Part shown: positions 41,431-56,027 of the stretch, one piece after another
Position numbering within the stretch: position 1 is the first letter of the stretch
Layout of the letters: the number at the start of each line of letters is the position of its first letter
DNA from: Octopus vulgaris
Taxonomy: Eukaryota
Reading direction: 5' to 3'
Length of the DNA stretch: 64,000 nucleotides
Assembly: GCA_951406725.2 (NCBI GenBank)
Contig: OX597815.1
Coordinates: forward strand, 97,216,001-97,280,000
Position numbers and translations under genes: made by a program
Notes under the pieces: model-generated
Seen by the model: only the letters and a program-made list of their open reading frames with translations
The model's database searches: none
What the model was told of the DNA's origin: nothing

Positions 41431-43990
41431 ATATATACATACGTATATAGATACATACATTATATATACGATTGATCTTTCGTTTAAAAATTCATATAAA
41501 CACGCAAATAAATGTCTACTCATAGACACATGTCTGCGAGTGTATGAGAAGTTGCGAGTGTATGAGAAATATTAGAAGTTGTATATACACATGCGTTTGT
41601 ATAGGACATATATATATACATATATATATATATGTGTGTGTGTGTGTGAGTGTGTGTGTGTGTGTGAGTGTGTGTGTGTGTGTGAGTGTGTGTGTATCTG
41701 AAGGCATATAATGCGTCATAGTAGACACACACACACACACACGATAGATACACGCAAGCGAGAACAGACACGTATATAAAGAAACTGATCATATTTCATG
41801 CTTAATTACAGTGCTTTACGCTAGAAACATTGAATGTATTCGCTGATGTGTATATGACTGCGTGTGAGTGTGAGTTTTAAATGAGATAGTAAGCATAACA
41901 AGAGAGAGAGAGAGAGAGAGAAAGAGACAGAGATAGAGAAGTAGGTGTAGCAGAGAAATTCACGTACATGTACATGCTCATGCATATGTGTTTGTGTCTA
42001 AATGTTAATGGCTTATTTCATATTTGAAATATTATTTGAGATGTGAATACTTAGGTCTTGGACAACGCTAGGTTTGCTCTAATGGTGGAATGTTTCTTTT
42101 ATTTTTCTCCTCCCTTTCTCTGTAATAAACATCGTCTTGTTTCAAAATGCTTTAACTCTCCTATCATTTCCAAGCAGTTAGTCATGTATGCTGTAATCCA
42201 TGAATGCTATGCTATTATAGCGGGGTTTATCTGTACGTTTAGTCATTCTTTAAAAGGCTGTGTTAGCATCCGTTTTTTTCTTTGTGTCGCTCCTGAACAC
42301 AGTTCATTCTATTGAAGAGATTTTGCTAACCTGAAGCCACTGATGCATTAGATGTGGTTAGGTCATCCAAACTGACGATAGAGATGTATGCTTTCAACAA
42401 TAAGGAAAAAAGCCTTTTTCTGTGACTCCGTGTTTTGCGATGTAATCGTGTTAACCTACTTTAGAATATTTCATATTCCATATGAAAGAATTTTGAATAA
42501 ACTCAACTATTAGAGATTATTAATGCTATTAGGAGCCCAAATTCACATTAGCTTGTTCAAAAATTTTGCATAAACAAAACAAGCTTTCATCTTTGGATGT
42601 TGTTCTTTGACTTAAAATACAAAAATATTTTCCCAACTGACTTATTGGTTAACATTAATTACAAGCTGTTGGTTGTTTTCAGTATGCCCCAGAAGAAACA
42701 AAAAATTACACTCTATCTCATAGAATTGATTACCCTAAGTTGTGGTTGAGATTAATTTGAGTTGTACAGTATAAGTAGACAATATATACAATTGAAACAA
42801 AAAGAATATTGGGCATGTAATGTGCAAACTTAATATTTGTGTTGACATTTACAATCGTATTTCCTTCACAAAAGGTTTCATAGGTGTTAAACAGCGGGAA
42901 TTAATCGTTCAGATGTATTGCTGAGAATGTCACAACTTCTACACAAGTTTGATTCTCGCTGGCGATACGGGATGCTTATTATTCTTGTTTACATTTACTA
43001 GCGTGGTAGAATCGTTGACCCGATGGTTGCTGAGGTATGAGGAAATATCTGTCATCAAGGCTACAATTAACAGGCGAAGCTATTGTTAGACTGTCAAGTT
43101 AGATTAGAACTTCTACCATGATTTTTAGGGTACAATTCATAACTTAAAAGCCTACGGACGCAATTTTCTATTCATTGCAATGTATGGAAGTTTAGTCATC
43201 TCCTCAGAGATAAATCAGTATGTCGTCTTCTGTGGAGTTTATCACAAAGAGTAGTTGCGCGCGTGAAATTCATGAAGGTGGATTTTTGTTTAAAATATAC
43301 AATGTTTTATTGAATATAATATTTGTTCTGTCCTGGAGTCATTCAACGTTACAGCAAACTAAAGTAGAATTTAACAAACATATTAACATAAAAATTTACC
43401 CTTCCAGTGAAAATCTATCCTAACGTATTGGCTGTAAAACCCATGAAATTTTTTGAGAAACTAGTAGATTGTGAGAGTGAATCTATAAACTTATTCGTAG
43501 TGGAAAAGAGTGAAGAGAGAGAGATTCGGAAAGGAGAGCCTTAGTAAATTAACATGAAAATTAAACTAAAATACGATCGATATTTTCTAGCTTCTTTAAT
43601 TTTAACAATGATGAAAAAGGAAAGAGATATAGTAATGAATTGGGGGAAAGTCGTTCAGGTGTTGAGATTGTCATTCTGGGAGACAGTTCAATAATCTCTG
43701 TAAATGCAATAAAACCGTCTTAATGGCTAAATACTTTGTATTTTCGTTATTGGATTAGCGAAACAATTATGAGAACAGAACAAAGAGATAAGCCTACATT
43801 TCCCGAGAATTACCGGGTACGTCAGCTAGTATATATATATATATGTATATTTCGTATATTTCCATTTGTCTTGCACATTTTTACATTTTGGCGTTTAGCT
43901 GAGACTTTTCTTCGTGATAATGTCAATTTGAACATCTATGTTTAGCATACTAGGTGTCCACCTTATTGGCCATTCCTCTCCTCTTAATTT

Positions 43991-43993
<3 letters not shown>

Positions 43994-44049
<56 letters not shown>

Positions 44050-44134
44050 ATATATATATATATGTATATATATATGTGTGTATATATAAGTGTGTAAATA
44101 TATGTATATATATATATATGTATATATATATATG

Positions 44135-44205
<71 letters not shown>
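43994..44205. repeat. (TA)n-rich microsatellite, one of many in the window (e.g. 5648-5717, 19015-19097, 28810-28906, 36510-36553)
   Basis: Direct inspection. Confidence 0.95.
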
Positions 44206-44214
<9 letters not shown>

Positions 44215-44394
44215 CATGTATAAAAAATATATATAAAAATACAAAATGGGACAAGAACGCAAAACATTAAAATAGAGGACAAAAAAAACGGACGGGTCAT
44301 TCGAAGCCTCTAATCTTCTGTCAAGAACCGGATCATCCTCGTAATTTCGGCTGATCATACGTATATATGTGTGTACGTATGTTTAGATGTATGC

Positions 44395-44458
<64 letters not shown>

Positions 44459-44461
44459 ACA

Positions 44462-45069
44462 TAATAAGGGTGAGAAAATTGGATACTAATTTAATAGTAC
44501 CATCAATTTAACACCAAGTGGCTTAGTGCATAAAAACCAGGAATACAATAAATTTTATACATAAATATAAGAGAGTGACCGCTATGTGATCGACTCTAGC
44601 ACTAAAGATAGATCCGCTAGTTTTCAGCCACGAAGCATTGTTTCCGATGAAAGTTAGCACAACTATTAGCGTTAACGAAGAGGGCAAATAAAAAATAACA
44701 AAAATGCAGATTAATTCAGGACAATTGTTTCATTATTAATAAATTATGTAATTTTACTCACGTAACATATCTGTAGCTCCTCGGCCGAATTTGTCTAGAA
44801 TACAATTTACTCAACCGCATGCCAGATTTTAGCATAACGATAAACAGACATGCGGGTCAGTCGATTGCATTCGCCGTTATAATTCAAGTGTCCCCGCCAA
44901 AGTCCGCCAAAATTCTCGGAAACAGATACTACATCAAAAATTAAATGTAGTATAATTACAATCAACTAATAAGGGTGAGAAAATTGGATACTAATTTAAT
45001 AGTACCATCAATTTAACACCAAGTGGCTTAGTGCATAGAAACCAGGAATGCAATAAATTTTATACGTAA

Positions 45070-45074
<5 letters not shown>
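44462..45074 (-). mobile_element. ORF-less element: 505-bp unit with ~108-bp terminal direct repeat and an internal hammerhead, in (TA)n
   Basis: 44462-44569 matches 44967-45074 with few mismatches. The terminus aataagggtgagaaaattggata...caccaagtggcttag resembles 55772-55818. Confidence 0.7.
44714..44790 (-). ncRNA. Degenerate type I minimal hammerhead motif
   Basis: Reverse complement reads attcgg-CCGAGGA-[long irregular stem II]-GAAAC-aatt-GTC-ctgaat. Stem I pairs with one G-U, loop III is palindromic, and the core has U4>C. Confidence 0.55.
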
Positions 45075-45116
<42 letters not shown>

Positions 45117-45847
45117 TACATATATATACATCCAAATATATATATATGTGTGTGTGTATGTGTGTATGCGTATGTGTGCATGTATGTGTCTGTGAGCGTG
45201 TACGTATTTGTGTGTGTGTGTCTTAAAATGAAGTTGTTTATTTAAAGCAAATTTAAGAATAACTGCAAGATGTTTATGAACGTGGTATTATACAGTATTA
45301 AAAAGGTCAAATAAAATGTTTGGTTTACGATCCTTACATTGACAATCCCAATGAGGATGGATTTTGCCGCTTCATCCGATTAAATGACAACAGTATTGCA
45401 AAATACCTTATATATGGCAAGCGGCATTATGAAAGTAGAAATGCGAGAAGGCGATTGCTTCTGTTTAAGAAGTTGAAAGCGAAAGTGACAAATATTCCCA
45501 CAGAAACATTTGAAACACTTCACTGAAAAGCAATGAATGAAGATTAACTTGAAATAAAGCACTAAACAATTATGAATTCAGCGGTTTATGTCATCTCAAA
45601 GATTTCTGAGCGAACAAAAGACTCGAGCTAACATACCACTCGCTTTCTATGGTAACCCTCTCTCATGTCCAGGCTTTGAACCTGACTCTAAATCATTAGC
45701 TGGATTAAAGTCTCATAAGAGACACAGATAGCAGATCTCTAAAGATGATTGCTGGATCTCCGTTTGTTGAAAATGGCAGGATACATCACACCAACACACG
45801 CACACACACACGCATACACATACACACACGCATGCACACACACACAA

Positions 45848-45878
<31 letters not shown>

Positions 45879-45893
45879 CTCGCTCTGAGATTT

Positions 45894-45935
<42 letters not shown>

Positions 45936-48900
45936 AATGCCTCTTGTTCAGTAATATGCTCGTATTAAAGTTACAAAACATTCACAAAACTTAGTGTTTC
46001 ACTTTCCAGTTCGTCAGACAGGTGTAATTAATACTCATTACAGCTGCCCGACTAACGGGAATGTGACATTCTATACGTCTCTAAGCCGTAATAATATTTG
46101 CATGCCACCTGATGTTTAATGCATAATATTTCTTATGTTTGATGACTGTGAACTTTTAGCAACTTCTTTTCATGCAGTTTTAATTTATCTTTCATTAAAA
46201 TTCTGGTAATCTTTCGGGGGCTGCTAGCTTAGGGAGGGTTTGTTGCACATATATAGAAAGCACTCATTGCAGGTTAACTATGAATGTAAATACGACATTC
46301 TATTGATCTGTGAAAAATTGACATGCGTGACCTCTAGTGGATTTTTCACGGTTTGTTGATCACTCTTCACGCTTTCGCTAATAGAGTAGATAAGGAATAT
46401 ATAAAGCAGTCGTAATGTGGCCTAATTTCCATAATTTTGTTTATAATGCTTCATATTTCAGTAAACTGTCCCCATAGAATCCAGAAGATGTTTACTTGTA
46501 ATTACTATATCTTTTGTAAACAGATCGAAAGACAATATCGAAATGTAAACGAGCATTGCTTGAAGGGACATGCCAGTATTTGATGGGATATAAGATCAGA
46601 AATGAATGAAGGGTTTTCTTGGAATGAATCACATGCTTTATGCAAGTGCGTTTGGAGGACGAATAGAGATCTTTCTGATTTTACTTAATATCAATCTGGT
46701 CCCAGTTTAGATGTGCGCTTGTACAAATTGTATGACGGAAGTACGGCACTGACATTTATTCCCTCTATATGCGCGAGTGTTTGTTTGTGTGTGTATGTGT
46801 ATATGAGGGTTTCTTTACACATGTGTGAGAAATATAGAAGCAAGAATCAAACAGTGGCGTTTCTTTTCCCTTATACATTTTAAATGCTATTTCAAATGCA
46901 GCTTGGTTTCCAGTGATTAACTCCTTCCAATACTGAGAGCATTTCTATTGCATTTTTCTGTACAACTTGAATAGGTCGAATTGTGACCCGATATTAACGC
47001 AGCTGGACTGAAGGAACTGTTATATGTCTCTAGATTTTTGCATTCAGCGTGTCTATTGCCCCTTAAAATCTGATGAAATGAAAAAAAAAGGAGGATACTT
47101 ACATAAACATCTAAACAATTACACTAAATATAGTCGACAAAAGTATAACAGCACATCTTGATCATTATATCTCTTTTATTGTTTCTGCCCTCAGCGCCTT
47201 ATAACTCTACTGCAACAGCATCTGCTGCTGTACCTAAGACAGCTAACGTTTTTGCCAAAGTGTATACCCCTTCGCATTTTAATAGGTCATGACTTGATTG
47301 AGAAATTCTCCCCTTATACGTGTTCCAATATATACGTTCACATAGCTCAATAACTGTATCGATCCAGCAAACCAGTAGTGCTTACAAAAGCCATGCATAT
47401 TGACTCCTAAAAGCAAGAGGAACATTTTATCACTATTTCATGTCTTCATATTTTGGACTTTGGCCAATTATTTTATACCAGCTGTAGCATTATCTCTACT
47501 GAATACCTCTGTGATCATTTACTAACACAACACCACTGACCTAGTGTTGTTAGCTTATGCATATACATCCTAAAATAGACAATTGTTGTTTGTGAGTCAA
47601 TGGATATACTTGAGAATTTTATGTTAGAATAGATCCTGTTTTACACAAAGTTCTTTTGATCGCTTACTTGAAAGTAAAAATACACAAATATAAATATAAA
47701 TCAATTATTTATCATTAAGATTATATATATCGTTACTACAGATGGAAGAATTGTTGAAAAATCCAAAATAGATATAACACTGGAATTCCTTATGATGATT
47801 AGAGTAGGGGTGTCAGAGTTTATTTATATATTCATTTATTTTGTTGTCGGTATTAATAAATGTACTTTCTGTTATGCTATGTATGCTAGAAACCTCTATG
47901 TCGACAGTAGATTTGCTAGTTATATCTCTTATTTTGTCATCTTTATTATAAGCCTGTTGCGAGTTTTCAAACTGGTTATCCCAACAACGAATTCTACTTA
48001 AATTTTTTTCAACTTCTGTATGTAGTCATCATTCATACCTATCCTAGAGATTCAGCCGACAAAACGTATTTTTCTTAGTTAATATTGGTATTTTGCTAAT
48101 ATCACAAAACAGAGCAATTATCACGAATGTAGTTTCTACGAATTCACTCGTATATTCAAAAATTTATAACCGAGCAATGTTTCTCATGGTAATCGCTTCT
48201 ATACTATTGAAATAAGGTAGGACGCAAGTGGAATTATGTGTTTATTTGGACCTTAGCGACAACATAACTAACTCTCTGATATATTTCAGTCTCAGTAAGT
48301 TATGAACGGTACCAAACACAGAAACACAATTTTCAACACTTGAACTGCGCAAGTTATTCTCAAACTATAACAAGCAATAAATATATATTTATATACAAGC
48401 AACAATGAAGTTAGCAGTTGCATATATATACGTGTTTCTCTTTCTGTATGAAGGATCTCACTTTGCTAATAAGTTAGCTTGGATGAATATGATGCAAGTT
48501 CATAAAGCGTTTATTTTCAAATAAGAACACGGGTTCATTTCAGAATCATTTTAAAATTCCGTTTATCTGCATTTTGTAGCAACACACTGAAAGTGTTATC
48601 ATACTTCTTGTATGATATAACATTTTTCAGAAAGATTGTGTGTTGTACTTCAAAGAGATACTATCATTTGTAAAAACACAGTAATAACTGCATACTTTAT
48701 TAAAGGGCAAACAGTTCCGGATATTGACTTTAAGTAGGTATTAGAAAGGTCACGCTCCGATATCATTGGGCCAGTTTCTTCTGTTTTAATTTTCCGGCAA
48801 CATTATATACATACTTATTGCTAACTAAACGATTAAATATTCTACTGTTACCAGAAAATAATATGACACTCTATTTGTAATTTAACGTGTTAGACAAAGA

Positions 48901-51299
48901 CACGCTTTTAAATCGATAAGCAATTAAAAAATAACGACATATAAATCTATATCTTATTTCAAGAAAATAAATGAAATATTTTTAACGAAGGTTTGAAAGT
49001 TTTTCTACGTAGCTCTAGAGAAGGCCTCAGATCAACTTAACCATTGCGTTCCAATTTCATATGTAATACCGCATGCTAACTGGGAAGATAATGACTTGTA
49101 CAGTGTTCATGCTTTTCTCAAATTTATTTCTATTAAAGATTAAGCCAAGTGAATATATTCTGAATCAACAGATGTAGAATATACAAAGATACGCTAATTG
49201 GGAATCAAATAGAGTTATGCGACACACTATCCTCAGAACAAGATGTTTTTATCGGTCTGTATGCAATTCAGAAATGCAATAAACACGTTTTTGGTAATTG
49301 TATTTATCTATTTGTTAAACGATACAGACAAAAATACAAACTTGTTTAATCCCATAACATTATGTAATGTTAACAGTACAGTGACATTACAGAATAAAAT
49401 TGTGTTAAGTTTGCTGAAAAATGTAACATGTTTTTAGAAACTTCTAATTGTTGTTAAACAAATGTTATTATTAAACAAAATATTACTAAATTATCAACAT
49501 TTTTCGTCTTAGAATTGTGTAACATCTACCTGCACTTAAAGGATGAAGGAAATTATGCTAAATAAAGCAAGTTCTTTCAGGAAATTATTGTATTTTAAAG
49601 TTAAGGTTGTTTATCTGTGTTCCAGTGCGTAATTCATTCACAAAATAGATTATTTTCCATCTAGTCACCTGAAAATCTTTGAACGCTGCACATTTTCTAC
49701 GCAGAGAGACACGCGCTGACATGCATACGCACGTAGACACATGTATAAAGATATATGTGTACATGGTTATTATGTGATATATGGATGTACATTCATATGT
49801 ATGCACATATATGTGTGTGTGTATGTGTGTATGCACGCGCTTCTGTGTGTGTGTGTACGTATGTATGAGTGTGTGTTGCAGAGTATACCTGTGCTGTCTT
49901 CATGCACACGCTCGCACACCCATACGCATTCCCCTCCCATTAAAACTCGCATAATTTATTTGGAGCAAATATTTTCTGATAAAATCATTTTGGACAACAA
50001 TGTTGTCATGTAAAATGCTGACAAATAATTCAGCATTTTCTTCGATAACCTATTAAGACTAAGTGTTTAGTTTGCAATTGTCGTTTTGTTTGTAAATATT
50101 TTCGTCCATACTTTAAAATTCTGTTAACGTGTGTTTGGGTTTAGTTTCTATTTAATTTATATTTATTTCTCATCGAAACACTCAATAACGCAGTAGGCGT
50201 TTAAGTTTTGAAATCTGCATTAAAGATGTATGCATTGTTTAAAAGACAATTCATTCCGAAAATCTCAGGAAATTGAATTTAAATATGTTGATACTATTAA
50301 GTAAATGAAAGAGATATATCGAGCGATTTAATTCAATTATAAAACAGGAAAAAATTGAAACCCTGTATGAATATTTTTTTTTCTTTTTGTTCATGTTGTT
50401 TATCAATGGTAATTCTAAATGTCAAAATTATAGAAACATAAATTATTTTCAGAATTATTTTGGAGCGTCGTCTGAATAATAATTGCGAATGATTGAATTC
50501 AGTTTAGTATCAGAACCTGAAGTCCATATTCATGTAGATTAACGGCATTTTATTATGACCGGTGCTATTACTTTTCTTACGTTCTAACTCGTTGTGAAAA
50601 TACGCACAAAATTAGTTTTAATACCCATTTGAGTAACTTCATCTCCTTTAAAATTCATATCTACCTTTTTAGATTGGCTTCAATATCTTTTTGCGAACGT
50701 CTTCTTGAAAATTATACATACCCTTCTAATACTATCTGTGAACATTGAGATTAATGATTGCTTATCAAACACATAAAGAAGACTTGTGTATTAAGATATT
50801 AGTTTATCCTTTCGTGCACACACACATTGGTTTGTACTTTTCAAATATGAAACATTATTGCACAATCATACATATGAAGGTTAGTAATTATACAGAGAAT
50901 AACAACATTTTCTGAATAGTTATAATTACGCCAAATTGTAAACCCGACCAGTGCTGAGTGTGTTAAGCATCTACTTATTTTTAAGCATTCGGAATAGAAA
51001 ACCAATTCTGAAGCTGCACTAAATGTTCGCTTCAAGTATTTTATGATTTATAATTTAGGTACAAACCCTGGAATTTCGCGGAAAGGATTTCATCGATGCC
51101 ATCAAACCTGTACTTGTCCAGTACATTTATTATCGACTTATAAAATATGAAAAGCACAGTTGATGTCGCAGCTGCATTTGGACTTCAAACGTAGAACCCA
51201 AAGAAATTTCTCGGAGTATATTTCCGATGTTCTAACAATTTTCTCAATCCATTTCCCATGTCAATGACAAAACGAAATATCTCGAAAACCAGTCTAATG

Positions 51300-51810
51300 T
51301 TAATCAAAGACTCTTTTGGGAATACAAGCCAGCATTTAAGAACTGGCTTTACAGCATATATCGTAGCTCATCTCGGCATAGATTCTTATTTTTTTCTAAA
51401 TCTTGATTTGTGTTGTTTTGTTTTACTGGTGTTCACATTTAATATTTTCTTCGAAATTGGCTGATAGTAGTAAAGTATATTCAGTAGCAAAGGCAAACTA
51501 ATTCATAATTCAAAACATAAAAATTGTGATAATTCAAGTTCTGGTTCGGCTTAAAATAAGTAGAGATAAAATCGAGTACTAAATCGAGGAAATTTATGAT
51601 TGTGCCGCCATTTCCAAAACAAATATAGAATTTTATATTTCTTAAGAACTTATGTAGTTTCTTTGCTACTGCTGAGGAAGAAGAAAAAGGATTATAAATA
51701 GCTAGTATTGCGTCATTGTTGGACAAGCTTACCCTAATTTTGATATAAAACCATCAGGTTGGTAATTTAGTTAGAGACAGGTTGAAACATTATAATGCTA
51801 AAATCGTGGG
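51300..51810 (-). mobile_element. Penelope-like reverse transcriptase remnant
   Basis: Minus ORF 51481-51726 reads NNDAILAI...KKLHKFL...IINFLDLVLD...YFKPNQNLNY, resembling the PLE RT stretch YRDD..LA...NFLD.TLD..KPN. Upstream ITNLMVLY resembles the EICELVGLY motif. Confidence 0.5.
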
Positions 51811-53187
51811 TAAGTGTATGTGTTTTAAATTATGCTCTATTTAAAGAGTCAAATATCTATGATGGGGTTGCTCTAATATGGCATGTAACGTTGGGAATAT
51901 ACTTTTGCAACTTAGGGTAAGATAATATTACAATAATTATTTAATTCCATTTCGGTTTACAAATTTCTTTTCATTCATGTGATACAAAATATTCAAATAA
52001 ATGCTAACTTTGCACACTTATTAAATTATCATGAAATAAATAAAACAAATTTCTCATGTATCTTTGCAAAAAGTGTGGTTAGCTATAGAATAATATAACA
52101 TTATCTAATTATACGATCTAATTACACTACTTTAACTATTAATAACAAAAGTACAGTAACGTTCAGATAATATTATTTTCAAGGCGAAAATATTGACTTG
52201 TCTTTTGAATCACTTTCCAAAATAAAACAAAAACATACTGAAATTATAATTAATATACCTAGATTGTTTAAACTGATGTTGCCTCTCTATGACAAGTATG
52301 TTTCCATCTTCCTCATTTGTACGTCACGTAAAAGTATAGAAATTATAAAAAAAGCTTTTGTATTCTGGTAAAAAAAATAAACTACGGTATATTATGAAAA
52401 GTGTTGGTAAGTGAAAGTATTTGTAGCAGAGATACAAAAGAGGGAATGAGAGTTTTAAGAGAAGGTGACGAATGTAGAGGATGTGGTTATTTGTTGCAGT
52501 TGTAAGACTAGTTACAGTGAGAGATAATGCTGTGTAGTAACAATAGAAGGCAGTTTATGATCATGTATTCAGTATGCTAATTTGTGTAAATGTATATTTC
52601 ATTTAAGAAATGAATAACTTCGCGCTAACTTTCTTATTAAATGCTTTTTAAACTTCCGCACAAGTCATATATTTCAAAATTTAAACAAGAATGCTCAGAA
52701 CTTCGTTACTTTACTAAAGTTTCAAAACATTACTGGACTCAATATCAAAATGGTATTAGATAGATAAGGTCATGTTGTTCATAGTTTTTGGTGTAGGTTA
52801 AAAATGATTACGAGGATGCAGTTATTATTAGGATGTTATATAGGACCAGGGATATAGGATTGATTTCAAAAATTATACATCGATTACGACCTGGTAGTTT
52901 TCAATATTTTGCTGGTAGTGTATCTGTGTGTCAAATTTTTGCATGTATTTTGCTAAAAAATAAATTTAAATTCGCACATGATTATTTCGTTAGTAAATAA
53001 ACGGTTAATTCATCATGCTTCTCGTAAAATTTTCCTCTCTGTACACATTCACGTACGCACGCACTCCCTCTCTTCCCCTTACACACATCATGCACGCACA
53101 GACACATACACACGCCACATACACACACACACACTCTTTCTCTCTCTCACTCAAACATTCAAACTCTCTTCCCCATATATAACTTCC

Positions 53188-53230
<43 letters not shown>

Positions 53231-54099
53231 CTGTAAACTATGAAGAAGAAAGATAAACCTGGATTGGTGAGGTCGGGTAGCGGTGAAATGACTTTGAGAA
53301 ACCTAGTTGGTTGATTGTCCGACCGATAAATCACACAGTCGATTAGTTAAGTGGTTCAAACCTTGACTTATTCACTAATACTAATAATGAAAATGAAATA
53401 GAATGAGCGCATGTATTTATTATTGGTATTGTGACACACCTAAGATACAACAAAATCCATTTCAAAACATGATTTCTTGAAAACCTAATGCAAAAATCAA
53501 AATGGTTAGATGAAAGATTGCCTCATATGTACAGAAAATAAACGTAAACGATGAAAAATTAAAAACGTACTACATTCGTCTGAAATTCGGAAAAACCCAA
53601 TTGAACATCAAGTAAACATACCGAAATTATACAAATAAGTATTTCTTTTCGGGCAATGGAAGTCTTTTGTCTTCGCTATCGTATCTAATGATGAATTGAA
53701 ATATGGATGTTTAGCAGATGCTACAAATGGAAAATGTTGTTGATTTTTGTCTTCATATGAGACTAAATTGCTTAAACTTTCACAGCACATACTTAGCTGT
53801 GATCAGATAGCAGTTTTGAATTTCGAACTAAATTCCATTTTTCTTGTATAAAGAATGTTGAACTTGAATTATTCCGTCACTGGATACCGTTAGTGAAAAA
53901 AATATAGAATCTGATAAAGATGACAATAGAAATTTGTGTGAAAGTTACATACAATGATAAAATGCAGTAACATACTTAATACTCATACCAAGCTAAATTT
54001 ACAAAAAATGAAGAATTATCGTACGATATTATATATTGTAAAATAGATAAGAGCAGCCTGTTATTATTACAGACAATGATTAAGAAAAAATATAACATT

Positions 54100-54970
54100 T
54101 AGATAATTGCAAATTCCTGATAAATATGAAAAATAACAGTGCTCACCTACAAAAATTAACTTAACAAATTGCTAAAACTAACATTCGAGTATTATCTATG
54201 ATTTTCCGGTACACAAAGCGGGCGTATATGAAATACACTATTAAGTCGCGCACACCAAATAACTCTCCATCACAAAATAAACAATAAAGCAACACAAAGA
54301 AAGCCTAGATTACTTCACAAATATATCGCAAAACGTTACAGCATATTCTCATTTGTAGAATTGCGACAAATTCTACGGTAACATAGCTAACGGAGAAGAC
54401 AAACATCGCACGCAATATTTCTAAAAAACAGGTATGTTGACATATTTATTGTGACATATATGGATGAACAAGCATAAATTTGAATCATAGCACCATCACA
54501 AACTTTAGAAAAAAATATATATATAGAAATAATAAGCAATATATACAAGCCAGATGACACAACGCAAATAACTTTTTTTATATATACAAAGGTATTGTGT
54601 TTATTACTATAGATAATTAAGCGCTGTAGTGAAATTACTTCGACAAGATTTTCGTGTTTTTCTACGAAAGAAACTTGGAATAAGGAAACTCTAGAAGTGA
54701 GGAATATATTCGTTAATAATAGATAGCTGAATAGTTTCGTAGACACAAGCATAGAAATAAACCAGAACAAATTCTCTCATTCTTATACAACAGATGAAGC
54801 AACCATTAAAATACACTCACTACAAATTTAACATATAGTACAGCGTGAATGAGTTTGTCATTAAAAAGATCTTTGAATAAAAAAAAATTGTACTTGACAC
54901 CATAATATAAACCCATTGTGAGATGATATCAAGCACAAGGAATGAAAGATTTAAAGATCAATACAAAGTC
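54100..54970 (+). mobile_element. Penelope-like reverse transcriptase remnant, just upstream of the hammerhead cluster
   Basis: RYVDIFIV at 54430-54453 (RYVDDIFI with one Asp codon missing), followed by NIYKPDDT and RFSCFSTKETWNKETLEVRNIFVNNR*LNSFVDTSI (resembles the PLE thumb motif ..NNGYP..F.D). Heavily decayed. Confidence 0.55.
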
Positions 54971-55481
54971 ACTGAAAAATAAAAGCAAATACATTACAAA
55001 TACACACAAACACACATTCGTGCATTTGTACGCAGCAAACAGAACTGCACACGTATTTGCATACACAAACACAAGCACACGTACTCTCTCTCTCTCTATC
55101 TCTCTCTTTCACAGGCCTTGCTTCTTTCAGCTTCCAAATCCCTTCAAAGGCCTACCAGGCACCAAATCGCCACTAGCTTCTTGTCCAACCATTCAGTACA
55201 AAAAAGTTAATTTCTAATACATTTGGTATCACCGAAGTGGCAATATCATTTCTAACAACAGCATGTGAGTCCTTAGCGAATAGCAGCCCATTATTCAATA
55301 ACTATATGGTACTTGTTATATTTTTCCATTCAGTGATCTAAGATTCAAGTAGATGGGTTTCTGTAAGAAGCCTGCGACACCCTTCGTCGCATGGAGCCGA
55401 ATCAAACTTTTTAAACTATAATATATGTAACTCTTTTACTAAAAGAGTTGAGTGACCATTTACCTGCGTTTGACCACCGAC

Positions 55482-55534
<53 letters not shown>

Positions 55535-55616
55535 GGTCCCGGGTTGAGTCGGGGTTAACCACAGTAAATAAGGTACTCAATACATAGCAGAGTAAATTAA
55601 TTTATTTTATAGAAGG

Positions 55617-55667
55617 AGCTTCTACAGGACTAGAACTGTTTCATTCAAAAGAAATCATCAGGAAGCT
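55617..55667 (-). ncRNA. Type I hammerhead ribozyme motif, mirror copy in the palindrome, intact core
   Basis: Reverse complement reads agcttc-CTGATGA-tttcttttgaat-GAAA-CAGttctagtcCTG-TA-gaagct. Confidence 0.8.
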
Positions 55668-55714
55668 TCCTGATGATTTCATTTGAATGAAACAGTTCTA
55701 GTCCTGTAGAAGCT
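55664..55714 (+). ncRNA. Type I hammerhead ribozyme motif with intact core
   Basis: agcttc-CTGATGA-t-ttc(attt)gaa-t-GAAA-CAG(ttctagtc)CTG-TA^gaagct. Stem I is agcttc/gaagct (6 bp), stem III is CAG/CTG, the triplet is GUA, and cleavage is predicted after 55708. Confidence 0.8.
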
Positions 55715-55729
55715 CCTTCTATAAAATAA

Positions 55730-55769
<40 letters not shown>

Positions 55770-56027
55770 TGAATAAGGGTAGAAATTGATATTAATCAAT
55801 AACAACCAGTGGCCTATCATATTAAAAAAATCCGAAGATTAAAATATTTTTCACATACAAAATTTAAAGGACTGACCACTAAAAGTGGACACACAATATG
55901 ACAGATATAGACGTCATAATCGCTATTTTCCACGAAGAAAGTGTTCTCAAGAAAAATACTCAGCACGAAACCAAAGTGTAAAAAATAATCAAGACAAATG
56001 AAAGTATACAAAATAAAAAACGATGAC

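Larger units (their letters stand above)
55600..55731. repeat. 132-bp near-perfect spacerless palindrome centred on AAGCTT (55663-55668)
   Basis: The two 66-bp arms are reverse complements with a single mismatch, which falls in hammerhead loop II. Confidence 0.95.

Noticed and set aside
42913-43001. Possible next receptor exon (cag|..VLLRMSQLLHK, vaguely like LIRLQELIK)
   Set aside because: Weak pyrimidine tract, an in-frame TAG at 42999 with no convincing donor before it, and no further similarity.
45320-45545. 68-aa ORF possibly from a Tc1-like transposase tail
   Set aside because: No diagnostic motif; cannot be supported.
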